From the NCBI GenBank assembly GCA_965222075.1, contig OZ244937.1, positions 288,001-352,000 of the forward strand: a stretch of 64,000 nucleotides of DNA. Reading direction: 5' to 3'. Made by a program: the position numbers and the translations under genes. The stretch is from Candidatus Latescibacterota bacterium. Lineage in GTDB: Bacteria > Latescibacterota > UBA2968 > GCA-2709665. The notes under the pieces are model-generated. The model was given only the letters and a program-made list of their open reading frames with translations. It did no database searches and was not told the DNA's origin. Numbering within the stretch: the stretch's first letter is position 1; every line of letters begins with the position of its first letter. Below, piece by piece: positions 1-10,341 of this stretch.

Positions 1-24
1 GACGACCACCTCAGAGAGGGTCCC

Positions 25-1836
25 ATGAAGTCGATCCTGGTTGTTAAGCCCGATGCGAACCTTGAGCATGATTTCTTGCCGGAGATCCTCAAGGCCGAGG
101 GGTTGTTTCATTTTGAGGTTCTGCCACAGGATGAGGTGGAGCCGTCGCGGTTGGGCGATGCGTCTGTGGTTGTGACGCTTCGGGGGTCTTTTGGAGGGCG
201 TGCGGCCGGTCTGCTGATGAACTATGTGCGTGAAGGAGGGAGCCTGCTGGCGGTGATGCCCGGGGGGGAGCTGGCGGCTGGACTGGGGGTGGCGCGGCGG
301 GTTGTGGTTTCGACGCAGAAGGTGGACCCGAACAAAGAGGCGGCGGCAGAGCGGGCGGCGGATGGGCCTGAGGTGGTGACGGACGGCAGGGTGGTTGTCC
401 ATCCGGCCTCCGGGTTCACGGCGCCTCCGGAGCCGCTGTACTGTCCGCAGGAGATGGGGCAGAGCATTGTGTGCGAGGGTGAAGAACTGGCTGCGCTGAT
501 TGACGATTTGGGCAAGCGCAGCGGTCCGGCGATTGTGCGGAAGCGCATTGGCCTGGGCCGGGTGTGTGTGCTGGCCTACGATGTGGTCGGGGCGGTGCTG
601 CGGCTTCGGCATGGGACGTGGGCGCTGGAACAGCATCCGAAGATGCTGCCGCTGCGGGGGCCGAGGCATATTTTCGGGCTGATCGGGATCGCGGAGCGGC
701 ATTCGCGGCAGCACCCGCTGGCCGATATCCACCAGGATTTGTTCCGGGAGGTGCTGCTGGACCTGCACGACGGGGGGATTGTGCCCCGCATCTGGCACAT
801 GCCCGAGGCGCAGCGCGTGGCGGTGTTTTTCAAGTCGGACGGGTGCGGGGAGGAGGGCGCTCCGGTGGGGATCGAGCTGGCGGAGCAGTACGGGCACAAG
901 CACAATTTTTTTCGGGCGCCGGTGAGCCGATACGACGGGAAGATTTATGGGTGGCAGGAGCGGGGCCACTTTATGTCGATCGAGGTGGATATTTTTCCGC
1001 TTACGTACAACCGCCTGCTGGAAGAGCTGGACGATGGGGTGCACGAACAGATCTGCGAGGAGATGGAGGCGCAGGCGCGGCGGTTTACGGATGAAGTGGG
1101 GCTTGAGGTGACGGATATTGTGATCCACGGGTGCCAGTGGACGGGTGTGCGGACCGCTTCGATTTTGACGGAGCACGGCTGGCGGATGCCGTTTCATTTT
1201 TGCGGGCACGATCCGCGGATGAACCGGTACGATTTCGGACCGTTCTCGCTGGCATCGGCGATGCCGATGCGGTATTTTGACCGGGAGGCGGGCGTGCTGG
1301 ACCTGTTTCTCCAGCCGTGCACGTTCGACGATTCGCAGAGTATTACGGAGCCGGGCGCAGGCACGCTGGGGCTCAACCAGGTGGAGTACGCGGAGGCGGC
1401 GGTGCGGTGGGTGGTCGAGTCGCGCGACCGCTGGCACGTGCCCCACATCGGCACGTTCCACCCGTGTTATCTCGTAAGACCCAAAGGCGATCCGCGCCGC
1501 ACGTTCGAGGCGGCCAATATCGTGTACGCTTCGCTGGCGGCGATGGGCATCGAGACGGGCAGCCTGCAGGACTGGTCCCGGTTCGTGCAGGCGCGGGATG
1601 CGCTGCGCGTTGCGCTGCTGAAATCCGACCGGGAACGGACGGTTGCCAGGCTGAGGGCCGCAGAGCCGATCGAGGGGCTGACGATTATCGCCGAGGGGCA
1701 CCGGGACGTCACCGGGGTGCTTCTGGACGGCCGGGAGCAGTCCCTTGTTACGCTTGAAGTGGAGGGGCGCCGGTGTTCGGGGGTTGTGATTTCCCTGGCC
1801 CGAAACCAGGAGGCGGAGCTGGAGATTGTGGCTTGA
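25..1836 (+). CDS. Hypothetical carbohydrate-active protein (GATase-like N-terminus, deacetylase-like barrel)
   Basis: 603-aa ORF with GAGAGG RBS; KSDGC, VIHG and TFHP segments resemble NodB/GH57-type barrels; similar layout to 36449-38184. Confidence 0.5.
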   Translation: MKSILVVKPDANLEHDFLPEILKAEGLFHFEVLPQDEVEPSRLGDASVVVTLRGSFGGRAAGLLMNYVREGGSLLAVMPGGELAAGLGVARRVVVSTQKVDPNKEAAAERAADGPEVVTDGRVVVHPASGFTAPPEPLYCPQEMGQSIVCEGEELAALIDDLGKRSGPAIVRKRIGLGRVCVLAYDVVGAVLRLRHGTWALEQHPKMLPLRGPRHIFGLIGIAERHSRQHPLADIHQDLFREVLLDLHDGGIVPRIWHMPEAQRVAVFFKSDGCGEEGAPVGIELAEQYGHKHNFFRAPVSRYDGKIYGWQERGHFMSIEVDIFPLTYNRLLEELDDGVHEQICEEMEAQARRFTDEVGLEVTDIVIHGCQWTGVRTASILTEHGWRMPFHFCGHDPRMNRYDFGPFSLASAMPMRYFDREAGVLDLFLQPCTFDDSQSITEPGAGTLGLNQVEYAEAAVRWVVESRDRWHVPHIGTFHPCYLVRPKGDPRRTFEAANIVYASLAAMGIETGSLQDWSRFVQARDALRVALLKSDRERTVARLRAAEPIEGLTIIAEGHRDVTGVLLDGREQSLVTLEVEGRRCSGVVISLARNQEAELEIVA

Positions 1837-1839
1837 CAC

Positions 1840-2949
1840 GTGTACCGCAGAGGCGACCTGCTGCGAGGGGGTTTTGTGGGATTTGTTGCGTTTGAACATC
1901 ACCGGCTGATCGTGGCGGCGGCGGATTTTCTGGTTGCGCACCAGACGGAGCGGGGGGATTTTCGGCCACCGAGTTCGCGGGCCGGGTACAATGAGATTTA
2001 CGATGCGAAGGGGATGTTTACGGTTCTTCAGGCTGCGTTTATGGTTAGGAAGCATTCGGCGCTGCTTGAGCGATACCTTGCGTGTCTGGATCGACGTCTT
2101 GCTCTGTTCGGGCGGTGCCAGCTGCCGGACGGATCGCTGCCGCTTGCGTGTATGGGAGACAAGCGGTTTGTTTTTACCACCGGTGTGGTGGCTGCGGTCG
2201 TGAAGATTTTTGGGGAGCTGGCGGATGAGCGGGCGCATCGAGCGATGGCCAGGCGGTGCGTGGACTACATGGTTGGTGTGTTTACCCCGCAGAGCGGGTT
2301 TCGGGACGGGACGAACGCCACCAAGCTGAGCGGACACGATCCGTATCCGCTCTACGCGCTCCACCTCTGGGGAGAGGAGTGGGCAGATGCGAAGGCCCTC
2401 GTCGGCCCGGCGACTGCGTACGTGGTGGGCGGGCAGGTCTGGAATGCGGAGGGGAGATTCTGGAAGGCGGGCTTCGAGGTGAGCAGGGGGGTCGATCTGC
2501 AGACGGTTCCCCATCCCACGCTGGATCTGGATATGATGTGGGTGCTGTTCGAGATCTATGGAGACCGGTACGCGGATCAGATGCGATCTTCAATCGAGGG
2601 AAACCGGAAGTATTTTGAAGCGATTGAGGCTTATTATACGGAGAACGGGAATCGGTACGCAGATGTCCGGGCGCGAACCTCCCTGGCGGGGATTATGGCC
2701 CTGTATGACCACTACACCGGTTCCCGGAAGTTTACGGGTTCGTCTCAATTTCAGGCGCAGGCGGACTGGACGGTGGGGCAGTTTGACGAGCAGGCGGGTG
2801 GGTTCAGAGAACGGGAGAATCTGAGTACTGGTGAGAAGGCGTATTTCGGGGTTCCCGCACAGTATCTGAGTCAGTATCTGTTTTCGTGCGGGGTGCTCAA
2901 CCGTAACGTGCCCGAAGCGGTTCTGGAGCACTATGCAGAAGGTAAGTAA
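1840..2949 (+). CDS. Hypothetical protein, possible alpha/alpha-toroid fold
   Basis: 369-aa ORF tightly coupled to neighbours; QTERGDF, QLPDGS and QFDEQAGGF turn motifs. Confidence 0.45.
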   Translation: MYRRGDLLRGGFVGFVAFEHHRLIVAAADFLVAHQTERGDFRPPSSRAGYNEIYDAKGMFTVLQAAFMVRKHSALLERYLACLDRRLALFGRCQLPDGSLPLACMGDKRFVFTTGVVAAVVKIFGELADERAHRAMARRCVDYMVGVFTPQSGFRDGTNATKLSGHDPYPLYALHLWGEEWADAKALVGPATAYVVGGQVWNAEGRFWKAGFEVSRGVDLQTVPHPTLDLDMMWVLFEIYGDRYADQMRSSIEGNRKYFEAIEAYYTENGNRYADVRARTSLAGIMALYDHYTGSRKFTGSSQFQAQADWTVGQFDEQAGGFRERENLSTGEKAYFGVPAQYLSQYLFSCGVLNRNVPEAVLEHYAEGK

Positions 2950-2961
2950 AAAGGGGGGACG

Positions 2962-4206
2962 ATGAGATTCGCACTCAGGCCGGAGAACGATTTTGCGGAT
3001 TATATCCGTACGTACTACGAAGCGTGCCGTTACCACTGCGACAAGATCGAGGCGATTGCGGGCAAGTGGATGTTCCGGGATCTGCTGCCGGGCATGAGCG
3101 ATTTTGACACGCGGTTTATTGTGAATGACAGTATGACGGTGGACGACTGGTGCCAATTGTCTACGGTGATGGGGGAGACGCACCTGAGGCTGTGCGAGAA
3201 GTACCCCTGTTGGGCACGGAATTTCGAACATCTACCGGGTGTAAATCTGACCTGGTCGGAGTTGAGTTCGGAGCGGAACTATTATCCGGAATACCAGCAG
3301 TGGACGTACTATTATACCCAGAACCAAAAGAATCTCAGCGCCGCATTGGACGGGTTTACCAGGCGGCCGTGGGATGAGAAGGACGAGTATTTTCATCTGA
3401 AGAAGTTCTGTTTGTATTACGGGCGTTATAACCGGACGATCGATCCGGCGATCAACCTGGGCGTTCACGAAAACAAGTACCCGCTGCACAGCCGGATTAT
3501 GCATTATTTCAATCCGCCGGTGCATTCGGCCGTCTGCGTTTTGGAGAAGCGGAATATCTGCGGGAAGCTGGATGCGTACGAGATCGCCGAGCGGCACTTT
3601 CCCGAGTTGCGCTGCTGGGATCTGATCAGAGAGATTCTGCACGCCCATTACGAGATTCCGAAGTGGTACGAAGAGCCGCACGTAACAGAGCTGGAGGATG
3701 TGCTGGAAGAGGCCCTGGGGGTGATTCTGGGGCGGTTGCGGGAGGCGGTTACGCTGATCCCTGAGGGTGCAGGCACCGATATGGGGGCATGGAAAGCGGC
3801 GCTGCAGGAGGTGCCTGTGGACCCGGCGCTGGTGATTTTTGACAATGCCAAGTTTTCCCGTCTGATGAAGGGACGGCTCCACTTTTACGGTCACGCGCCC
3901 GCCCATTTTGATACGACCTGGCTGATTCAGAACGAGCTGGGGCGGATCGGCAAAAATTTCTTCCGGGCGACGTTCCGGACGTTCTGGAAGATCAGAACAG
4001 GGGAGACGGTTGAAGATCCGGTGACGATTCTGGATCAGCTGGAGGGGGATGTGTTGACCGGGGCGGAGGTAGAGGGCACAAAGGCGTTTGCCCGGTTGAC
4101 GCCGGATGCGTGGGAAGCGGGCAAGGAGCACGAGATTGCAGCGGCGATTGTGGAGGTGTTTGACGATTTCTTCCGGGCGTTGAATAAGATCAGCGAGGCA
4201 GTGTAA
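2962..4206 (+). CDS. Hypothetical protein (possible nucleotidyltransferase-like N-terminus)
   Basis: 414-aa ORF with G-rich RBS; PGMSDFD motif resembles the pol-beta NTase SDxD signature. Confidence 0.5.
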   Translation: MRFALRPENDFADYIRTYYEACRYHCDKIEAIAGKWMFRDLLPGMSDFDTRFIVNDSMTVDDWCQLSTVMGETHLRLCEKYPCWARNFEHLPGVNLTWSELSSERNYYPEYQQWTYYYTQNQKNLSAALDGFTRRPWDEKDEYFHLKKFCLYYGRYNRTIDPAINLGVHENKYPLHSRIMHYFNPPVHSAVCVLEKRNICGKLDAYEIAERHFPELRCWDLIREILHAHYEIPKWYEEPHVTELEDVLEEALGVILGRLREAVTLIPEGAGTDMGAWKAALQEVPVDPALVIFDNAKFSRLMKGRLHFYGHAPAHFDTTWLIQNELGRIGKNFFRATFRTFWKIRTGETVEDPVTILDQLEGDVLTGAEVEGTKAFARLTPDAWEAGKEHEIAAAIVEVFDDFFRALNKISEAV

Positions 4207-4268
4207 GGGCAAAAGGCAGGGGGCAGGATTTTGTTGGAACGCCACCGTGAACAGGAAAGGAGAATCAG

Positions 4269-5411
4269 ATGCAGGTTGAGGCACTCAAATTGCAGGATGT
4301 GGATTACGGCGACCAGTGGGCTGAGGAGATCGAGGATCGCTGGGAATACGACGATTTCAAGGCCGATGCCGGCTGGCGCAAGGGCTGGATCAGTATGGAC
4401 AGTGTGTATTATAATGCGGATGACGACCGCGTCTACCTGGGGATTACTTCCTTCAACGCCGATATTTTCCGTGCATACGATCGGAAGAGCGGCGCGTTCG
4501 TGGATCTGGGGTACGGCAGGATCGCCGACCCGTTTGACGCCAAGTTTCACCGGTCGCTGGTGAAGTGGGAGAAGGACGGGTGTCTTTACGGGGCGATTGC
4601 GCTTTTGCACGATATCGACCGGTACTGGGAGGCGCCGGGGGGAGCGATTGTGAAGTACGATCCGAACAGCGGGGCGCTTGAGAAGGTCGGTATTCCGATG
4701 CCGCATATGTACATTCAGTCGATCTGTCTGGATCAGGAGCGGGGGGTGATTTACGGGATGACGTTTACGCCGGAGCGGATGTTCCGGTTCAATCTTGCAG
4801 ATGGCCGTTCGGATGATTTGGGACCGATCAGCAGCGGGATGGAGATGGCCCAGGGGGAGAATGTGGAGCTGGACGACGCGGGGTGCGTCTGGTGCGGCTG
4901 GAGCGTGACGCGGGCATGGCAGAATTTCGCAGGGGTGGACCGTAATCGGCTGTGCAAGTTCAACCCGGAGACCGACAGGATCGAGTATTTCGACGCAGGG
5001 CTTCCAAAGCCGGACGGCAGCTACGGGTATGAGAGGGTGGAGGGGATTTTCAACCTGGGCGAAGGCCGGATTTTCGCCAGCGGCGCCAACGGGTCGATTT
5101 ACCGGATCGATACGGAGACGGGGATGGGCACGTACCTGGGGACGCCGGTTGCGGACCGGCGCAGCCGGCTGACAACGCTGCGCCCGGGGCCGGATGGGGC
5201 CGCGTACGGCGTGACCGGGCGAGATGGGGCGTGTGAGGTGATCCGATTTGATGCCGATACGGAAAGATACGAATTGCTGGGACCGGTGTCGGACGGGGAT
5301 GCCCACTGCTGGCAGGTTCACGATGTGGCCGTGACGCCGGACGGGACGATTTACGCGGGGGAGAACGACAGCCCCTATCGCAGCGGGTACCTGTGGGAGA
5401 TCAGGATTTAA
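4269..5411 (+). CDS. Beta-propeller protein
   Basis: 380 aa with AGGAG RBS; repeated blades such as GPDGAAYG and VTPDGTIYAG. Confidence 0.65.
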   Translation: MQVEALKLQDVDYGDQWAEEIEDRWEYDDFKADAGWRKGWISMDSVYYNADDDRVYLGITSFNADIFRAYDRKSGAFVDLGYGRIADPFDAKFHRSLVKWEKDGCLYGAIALLHDIDRYWEAPGGAIVKYDPNSGALEKVGIPMPHMYIQSICLDQERGVIYGMTFTPERMFRFNLADGRSDDLGPISSGMEMAQGENVELDDAGCVWCGWSVTRAWQNFAGVDRNRLCKFNPETDRIEYFDAGLPKPDGSYGYERVEGIFNLGEGRIFASGANGSIYRIDTETGMGTYLGTPVADRRSRLTTLRPGPDGAAYGVTGRDGACEVIRFDADTERYELLGPVSDGDAHCWQVHDVAVTPDGTIYAGENDSPYRSGYLWEIRI

Positions 5412-5435
5412 GAAGTTGCTTGGAAAATAACCTTT

Positions 5436-8164
5436 CGGTAGAGAATTCAAAAAAATGCCAGGGGAGGTTTGCAGAGGGCCTGGCGCAGGAGGGGCTTTAT
5501 GAATCCGGAGGTGAAACATCCGGTTTTTTTTATGCGGGTGGACAATTCTCTGAGGGCCAGGAAGGTCTGGGAGATGGACCTGGAGGCGGCGCAGGAGGAG
5601 GCCGGGGTGGTGATGGGGATTGGTGATGAGACGCTGGATGCGTGGAATCCGCCGCTGGCCTGTTTTCTGACGGTGGGGTGTCCTCATTGCACGCTTGAGG
5701 ACCGGCACATGAGCTACCACTTCTCGTGGACGCCGGAGGAGCCGGAGCGGACGGTGTGTACGTTCTGCGGCCACGCGTATCCCAGTAAGGAGCATCCGTT
5801 GGACGAGGTGACGGAGGTGGTCTCTCCGGCCGGTACAGCGCAGCAATATCCCTATTTTCCGGGGAAGGACGGGCGGCGGTATTATATGGAATCTCAGCTG
5901 TACAATATCCGGCGGTTCTGGCTGCGGCAGCAGGCGGCGCTTTTGGCGCACCTTTACCGGGAGACGGGAGAGACGGATTATGCCCGGAAGGCGGGGGCGA
6001 TTATCAGGCGTTTTGCCGGGGTTTATCCCGAGATTCCGGTTCACGGGCCGGGAGAGCTGGCGAGTCCGGTTCTTTACGAGGTGGAGATTCTGCCGGTGCC
6101 ACCGGACGGGGTGCAGCCGGTGCCGGAGGCTTTCGGGCCCGAGGCGGGCAGGACGTACGACCCGCCCTACCCGAGGGCTTCGACCCGCTCCGGGTTGTGG
6201 AACCGGTATCCGTACGACGAGGTTCCGCTTTCGCTGATTCTTGCGTACGATCAGGTTGCCGGGGCGCTTGAGGCTGCTGACCGGGGCCTGATCGAAGATT
6301 ATTTCCGGCAGACGGTGAATTATCTGAGAACCTATCCCCACTACCTGGAGAATTACGATCCGATGCAGGCAAAGTGGGAGATCGTGTGCGGGCGCGTGAT
6401 TGGGGAGCCGGCGTTCGTACACGGAGGGATTGCCCGGTTGAAGCTGATGATGCAGCATGTGTTCTATCCCGATGGGATGTGGTGCGAGGGCGCGCCGCTG
6501 TACAGTTCGGCGGTTTTTCAGTTTCTGTGTGATGCCCTGAGAAGCGTGGAAGGCTACAGGGGCAGGGAGGACGGGCTGCATGATGCCGGGTTTGCGTCCG
6601 AAGCGATGAGGGGTATCGCCCACGTGAGGGGCGCGCTGGAGAAGATGGTGGTTCCGGATGGGAGTCTGGCCAGTGTGTACGATACGTTTGGCGCTTCGCT
6701 TTACACAAAAGGTGAGAAGGAGACCTATTTTGAACACGCGCCGCCGGCCGAGTCGGAGCCGTCGCTGCTGTGGGCGTGCGGGCATGCTGCGCTGGGGATG
6801 GGGCAGGGCGACCATCAGGTGCAGGCGCGGCTTCAGTTTATGGGGAGCGGGACGTTTTCACACAGCCATAACGACCGGTTGAGTCTCCAGGTGTTCGCCA
6901 GAGGGCGGGAGATGGTGTCCGATATCGGGTATTCGCAGAATACGCTTCGTCCCTATGCCACGTGTACGTTTGCGCACAATCTGGTGATGGTGGATGAGTC
7001 GAGCCAGTTTATCGGGTATTCGCCCGTGGGCGGGGCGTTGATCGCCTATGGAGATGGACATCCCCGGGTGCAGTTTGTGAGCGTGAGGGCACCGCAGGCG
7101 TACCCACAGACACGGGAGTACCGGCGTTCCCTGGTGCTGGTGAAGGTTTCGGAGGAGGATGCCTATCTGGTGGACCTTTTCGAGGTGAAGGGCGGGGCGC
7201 AGCACGACTGGCTGCTGCACGGGGACGCGGACCGGGACAGTGCGCTTGTGTCCGAGCTTGAGATGGAGGATCTGGAGGGGGCGCTTTTTGCGTCGGGGGA
7301 GACGTTCAGGATGTGGGATTCCGAGACGGGGTTCAAAGGGGGGCCCGGCGTGAGGCATCCGGACAATATCAAGAATGCGCTGGGGATGGTCCGGCAGGTT
7401 CGGAACACCCGGACCGATGATGCGTGGACGGCCACCTTCAGGCCATCGCCGGATGACGGTACCGCACTCCGGCTCTGGATGATGGGAGAGAAAGGGACGG
7501 AGGTGTTCTTCGGGGAGATGCCGTCGATCCGGCGCGCGGGGGACCGCAATGCTGAACTGCTGGATTACTGGATGCCACTGGTGATGGCGCGGCATAAGGG
7601 AGAGAACCTGGAGAGCAATTTTCTGGCCGTTCACGAACCTTATCAGGGTGCGCCGTTTATCACGTCCGTTTCGCGGGAGGGCCGGGCGCTGGTTGTGAAG
7701 ACGCCGGGGTTCACGGATGTTCATCTTTTGGGTGGGGGGAATGAGACGTACGAGATGGCGGGGTGTTACGGGTTTCTCCGGGTGGTGGACGATGCGGTTG
7801 TTTCGGCGTATCTGGCGGATGGGACAAGGCTTGGGTTCGGGGATTTTTCGCTGGCGCTTCCCGAAGCGGCGGAGGGTGTTGTACTCGGCGTCGAGGGGGC
7901 GACGCTCTGCTTGTCGGGGAAGGTGGATCTTGAGAATGCCGAACGGATCTACCTGTTTTTTCCGGGGGGACAGAGATATGCGATTCCCGTCCGGGAGGTG
8001 CGACATGGGGATAAGGACAGTGTGGCGGTGCTGGCGTACGATCCCCGGTTTACGCTTTCAGAGGATGGCCGCAAGGGGCGGTTGACCGCGTTTCCAGGTG
8101 AGGCGTTTGAGGGAGAGGTTCGGTACCGGGTTCCGAGGTACGGGGGATGTTGGTCACCGACGTA
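5436..8164 (+). repeat. ~2.73-kb direct repeat, copy 1 (copy 2 at 16508-19236)
   Basis: Colinear with copy 2 at offset 11,072; about two dozen substitutions by eye. Confidence 0.97.
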
Positions 8165-8165
8165 G
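5499..8165 (+). CDS. Heparinase II/III-like polysaccharide lyase, copy 1
   Basis: GGAGG RBS before ATG 5499; DGMWCEG..Y, HSHNDRL, DIGY and AHNLVMVD motifs; N-terminal CPHC/CTFC. Confidence 0.75.
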   Translation: MNPEVKHPVFFMRVDNSLRARKVWEMDLEAAQEEAGVVMGIGDETLDAWNPPLACFLTVGCPHCTLEDRHMSYHFSWTPEEPERTVCTFCGHAYPSKEHPLDEVTEVVSPAGTAQQYPYFPGKDGRRYYMESQLYNIRRFWLRQQAALLAHLYRETGETDYARKAGAIIRRFAGVYPEIPVHGPGELASPVLYEVEILPVPPDGVQPVPEAFGPEAGRTYDPPYPRASTRSGLWNRYPYDEVPLSLILAYDQVAGALEAADRGLIEDYFRQTVNYLRTYPHYLENYDPMQAKWEIVCGRVIGEPAFVHGGIARLKLMMQHVFYPDGMWCEGAPLYSSAVFQFLCDALRSVEGYRGREDGLHDAGFASEAMRGIAHVRGALEKMVVPDGSLASVYDTFGASLYTKGEKETYFEHAPPAESEPSLLWACGHAALGMGQGDHQVQARLQFMGSGTFSHSHNDRLSLQVFARGREMVSDIGYSQNTLRPYATCTFAHNLVMVDESSQFIGYSPVGGALIAYGDGHPRVQFVSVRAPQAYPQTREYRRSLVLVKVSEEDAYLVDLFEVKGGAQHDWLLHGDADRDSALVSELEMEDLEGALFASGETFRMWDSETGFKGGPGVRHPDNIKNALGMVRQVRNTRTDDAWTATFRPSPDDGTALRLWMMGEKGTEVFFGEMPSIRRAGDRNAELLDYWMPLVMARHKGENLESNFLAVHEPYQGAPFITSVSREGRALVVKTPGFTDVHLLGGGNETYEMAGCYGFLRVVDDAVVSAYLADGTRLGFGDFSLALPEAAEGVVLGVEGATLCLSGKVDLENAERIYLFFPGGQRYAIPVREVRHGDKDSVAVLAYDPRFTLSEDGRKGRLTAFPGEAFEGEVRYRVPRYGGCWSPT

Positions 8166-8169
8166 ACGT

Positions 8170-8624
8170 GCAAGCAGGCCGGGAGAGGGCAGAGGCGCCA
8201 ACACCGACATCGACACCCACTTCAAGCCAAAGCAATGGATCACATGCTTCTTACTCGAACGCACCGGATCTAGATAACAGCCGATCCCTGTAAGCTTCTC
8301 ACTAAAACTAAAACGTCGCTCAATCGTATCATCGGTGCCTAGGACCACAGGCGCATCCTCATCCAACAGCTTCAAAATCAGTTCCAACACAATCCGACTG
8401 CCTTGTAATGGGTTCCATACCGTCCGACTTAGCACCCGATGATAATTGATCTAATGGGGGGCTTGGGACAAACTTAGTGTGCGCAACACCGCGCTGATCG
8501 TGCGCTTGCCGGGGGTCAAGATCGCGCCGATCAGCAACACCTGTGCTTGCGGCTAGACCCGGACAGAAAACAGTGGCGCAAAGGTAGCAATAATGGGTAT
8601 GATATCTTCTAACAGAGCGAACAT
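8170..8624 (-). pseudogene. IS701-family transposase N-terminal remnant
   Basis: FAPLFS..LLIGAILTPGKRTISAVLR..YHRVLSR..DDTIERR..YLDPVRSS..FGLKW, with internal stops. Confidence 0.8.
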
Positions 8625-8681
8625 GGGCGTTCTCCTTATAATAGATGACTGTTTGGGACCATCATCTACATATATCTCAAA

Positions 8682-8894
8682 ATGGCTAAAGTCCAGTTTT
8701 TTATAGCTCCAAAGGAGGTGGCCACAGTGGCAGAGGACAAGGCAGAGGATAGGCTGGCTACATTAAAGGATATTAAGGCGTTGACAAAAGCCTACCATAG
8801 CGATATGCGCGCAATTTTGAAGAGATTGAACGAAATCGATACCAAGTTGAAGAAGTTGAACGAGATGTGCCACGTTAGCAACGAGAGCAAATGA
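8682..8894 (+). CDS. Small coiled-coil hypothetical protein
   Basis: 70-aa ORF; AAGGAGG precedes alternative GTG starts. Confidence 0.3.
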   Translation: MAKVQFFIAPKEVATVAEDKAEDRLATLKDIKALTKAYHSDMRAILKRLNEIDTKLKKLNEMCHVSNESK

Positions 8895-9038
8895 CGAAAA
8901 AACCCGCGCGGGAGCGCCCCAGGCGGAGTCCGTTGACAAACTGTATTTGGCGGCGGCAGGCCGGCAGGCGAGTTCTACCGGGAGGCGCTGGCGTTGTTGG
9001 ACAAGGCTGAGAACACGTAGCCTGGGTCGGAGCCGGAG

Positions 9039-9756
9039 ATGGTGGTGATTCCGGCGGGCCGTTTTCGGATGGGCTGTGTATCCTTTAGAGACTGCAGGGA
9101 CAACGAGCTGCCGGTGCGCGAGGTGGCGATCCGATCATTTGAACTGTCGAAGTACGAGGTGACGTTCACGGAGTACGATCGCTTCTCGGCAGCGACGGAT
9201 CGCGAGCGGCCGCACGACAGAGGCTGGGGCCGGAGATGGCGTCCGGTGATCGAGGTTTCGTGGAAGGACGCGGTGGCGTGTACACAGTGGCTGTCGTCGG
9301 AGATGGGCAAGAGCTACCGTTTGCCGAGCGAGGCGGAGTGGGAGTATGCGGCCTGCCTGTCCGAGGGACGCAGGCAGGCGCGTGCGGGCTCGGTGACGAA
9401 GTATAGTTGGGGGAATGAGATCGGTCGCACACCAGGCCAATTGCGAGGGGTGCGGCAGTCAGTGGGACAATGAGAAGACGGCATCGGTGGGTTCGTTCGG
9501 CCCCAACGCCTGGGGCTTGTACGACATGCACAGCAACGTGTGGGAGTGGGTGCAGGACTGCTGGCACGCCAGTTACCGGGGCGTGCCAGCGGACAGGTCG
9601 GCCTGGGAGAGCGGCCATTGCTCGGGTCGCGTGTTGCGCGGCGGCTCGTGGTTCAACTTACCCAGGTACCTCCGCGCCGCGTACCGCAGCAGGTTCACCA
9701 CCGACGTCCGCAACAACATCGACGGTTTCCGTGTTGCCCGGACGCTTACCCCTTGA
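9039..9756 (+). pseudogene. FGE-sulfatase (SUMF1/CLec-fold) protein, frameshifted near 9430
   Basis: MVVIPAGRFRMG, KYEVT, YRLPSEAEWEYA, NAWGLYDMHSNVWEW, RVLRGGSW and GFRVAR motifs split over two frames. Confidence 0.9.
9352..9378. mobile_element. 27-nt CCTGCCTG hairpin insertion, in frame in FGE gene
   Basis: CCTGCCTG-tcc-gag-gga-CG-CAGGCAGG; removal restores EWEYAARAG. Confidence 0.9.
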
Positions 9757-9812
9757 ATCCTTACTTCTTTACCTCCCTCCCTGCCAGCAACTTTTTGGCA
9801 GAGAGGGGGGTT

Positions 9813-9835
9813 CCAAGGGGGCATCGCCCCCCTGG
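9813..9835 (+). other. GC-rich hairpin downstream of the DGR-like variable region
   Basis: CCAAGGGGG-CATCG-CCCCCCTGG, about 57 bp after the stop codon. Confidence 0.6.
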
Positions 9836-9845
9836 ATGTTTTTGC

Positions 9846-9975
9846 CTTCGTGCCCAATGATCGTCCGTTTCGCGCCGACATGGTTGATTCGATAAAAGTT
9901 GCGATTCGCCATATTCAGACCTTCTATGCCGATCAGATGCAAGTGGCGGGCTACGGCAACAGAACCTTCCGCCAC
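9846..9975 (+). pseudogene. Fragment paralogous to the metallopeptidase region of 19725-24347
   Basis: FVPNDRPFRADMVDSIKVAIRHIQTFYADQMQ versus FLPNDRPFRADVVDSMKTMIRRIQKFYAEQMQ. Confidence 0.8.
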
Positions 9976-9993
9976 ACTTCCTAACAAAAGGGA

Positions 9994-10203
9994 GTGGGAG
10001 AGGATTTGTCGGCGAACGCGGCCTTGAAGGCGCTGGGGACGATCAAGCTGGTGGAGTGCGAGACGGAGGAGGGAACCAAGCAGCGCATCGTGACGCGAGC
10101 GTTCCGAGCAGGCGGTCAAGATCTTGAAGACGCTAAAGATCATGCGCCGTGTTCAGCCTCGTCCATGCCGCCTGCCAGTCACGGCGACAGCCGCTTGGGG
10201 TGA
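9994..10203 (+). pseudogene. Possible transposase C-terminal remnant (IS1634-like)
   Basis: LSANAALKALGTIKLVE tail resembles IS1634-type C-termini. Confidence 0.35.
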
Positions 10204-10341
10204 GAAAAAACCCCGTGTTGATCGCAACAGACTTAAGCGGCCAACCGTCATACACGGGCTAAGGTGAGCTTGAATAACATCTTAGGATATACATCTTCGC
10301 CCCCAAAACAGTGCAGGCCAGTAACGGGATAGCAAAGGATT

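Noticed and set aside
5524-5532. Homopolymer runs (T tract here, A tracts near 10538 and 41640) as phase-variation switches
   Set aside because: Frames are intact and the T tract is the same length in both gene copies.
4035-6815. 926-aa minus-strand ORF (and similar ones at 16370-17887, 27616-29061, 36601-37998, 48710-50179)
   Set aside because: Antisense shadows of high-GC genes; R/P/H-rich with no recognisable motifs.
8950-8975. GGCAGGCCGGCAGGCG as an element arm
   Set aside because: No matching left arm; reads as residual coding sequence.
9777-9807. CCTCCCTG..CAGAGAGG hairpins (also near 47333) as element copies
   Set aside because: Arms diverge, there is no CG bulge and no empty-site evidence; not counted.
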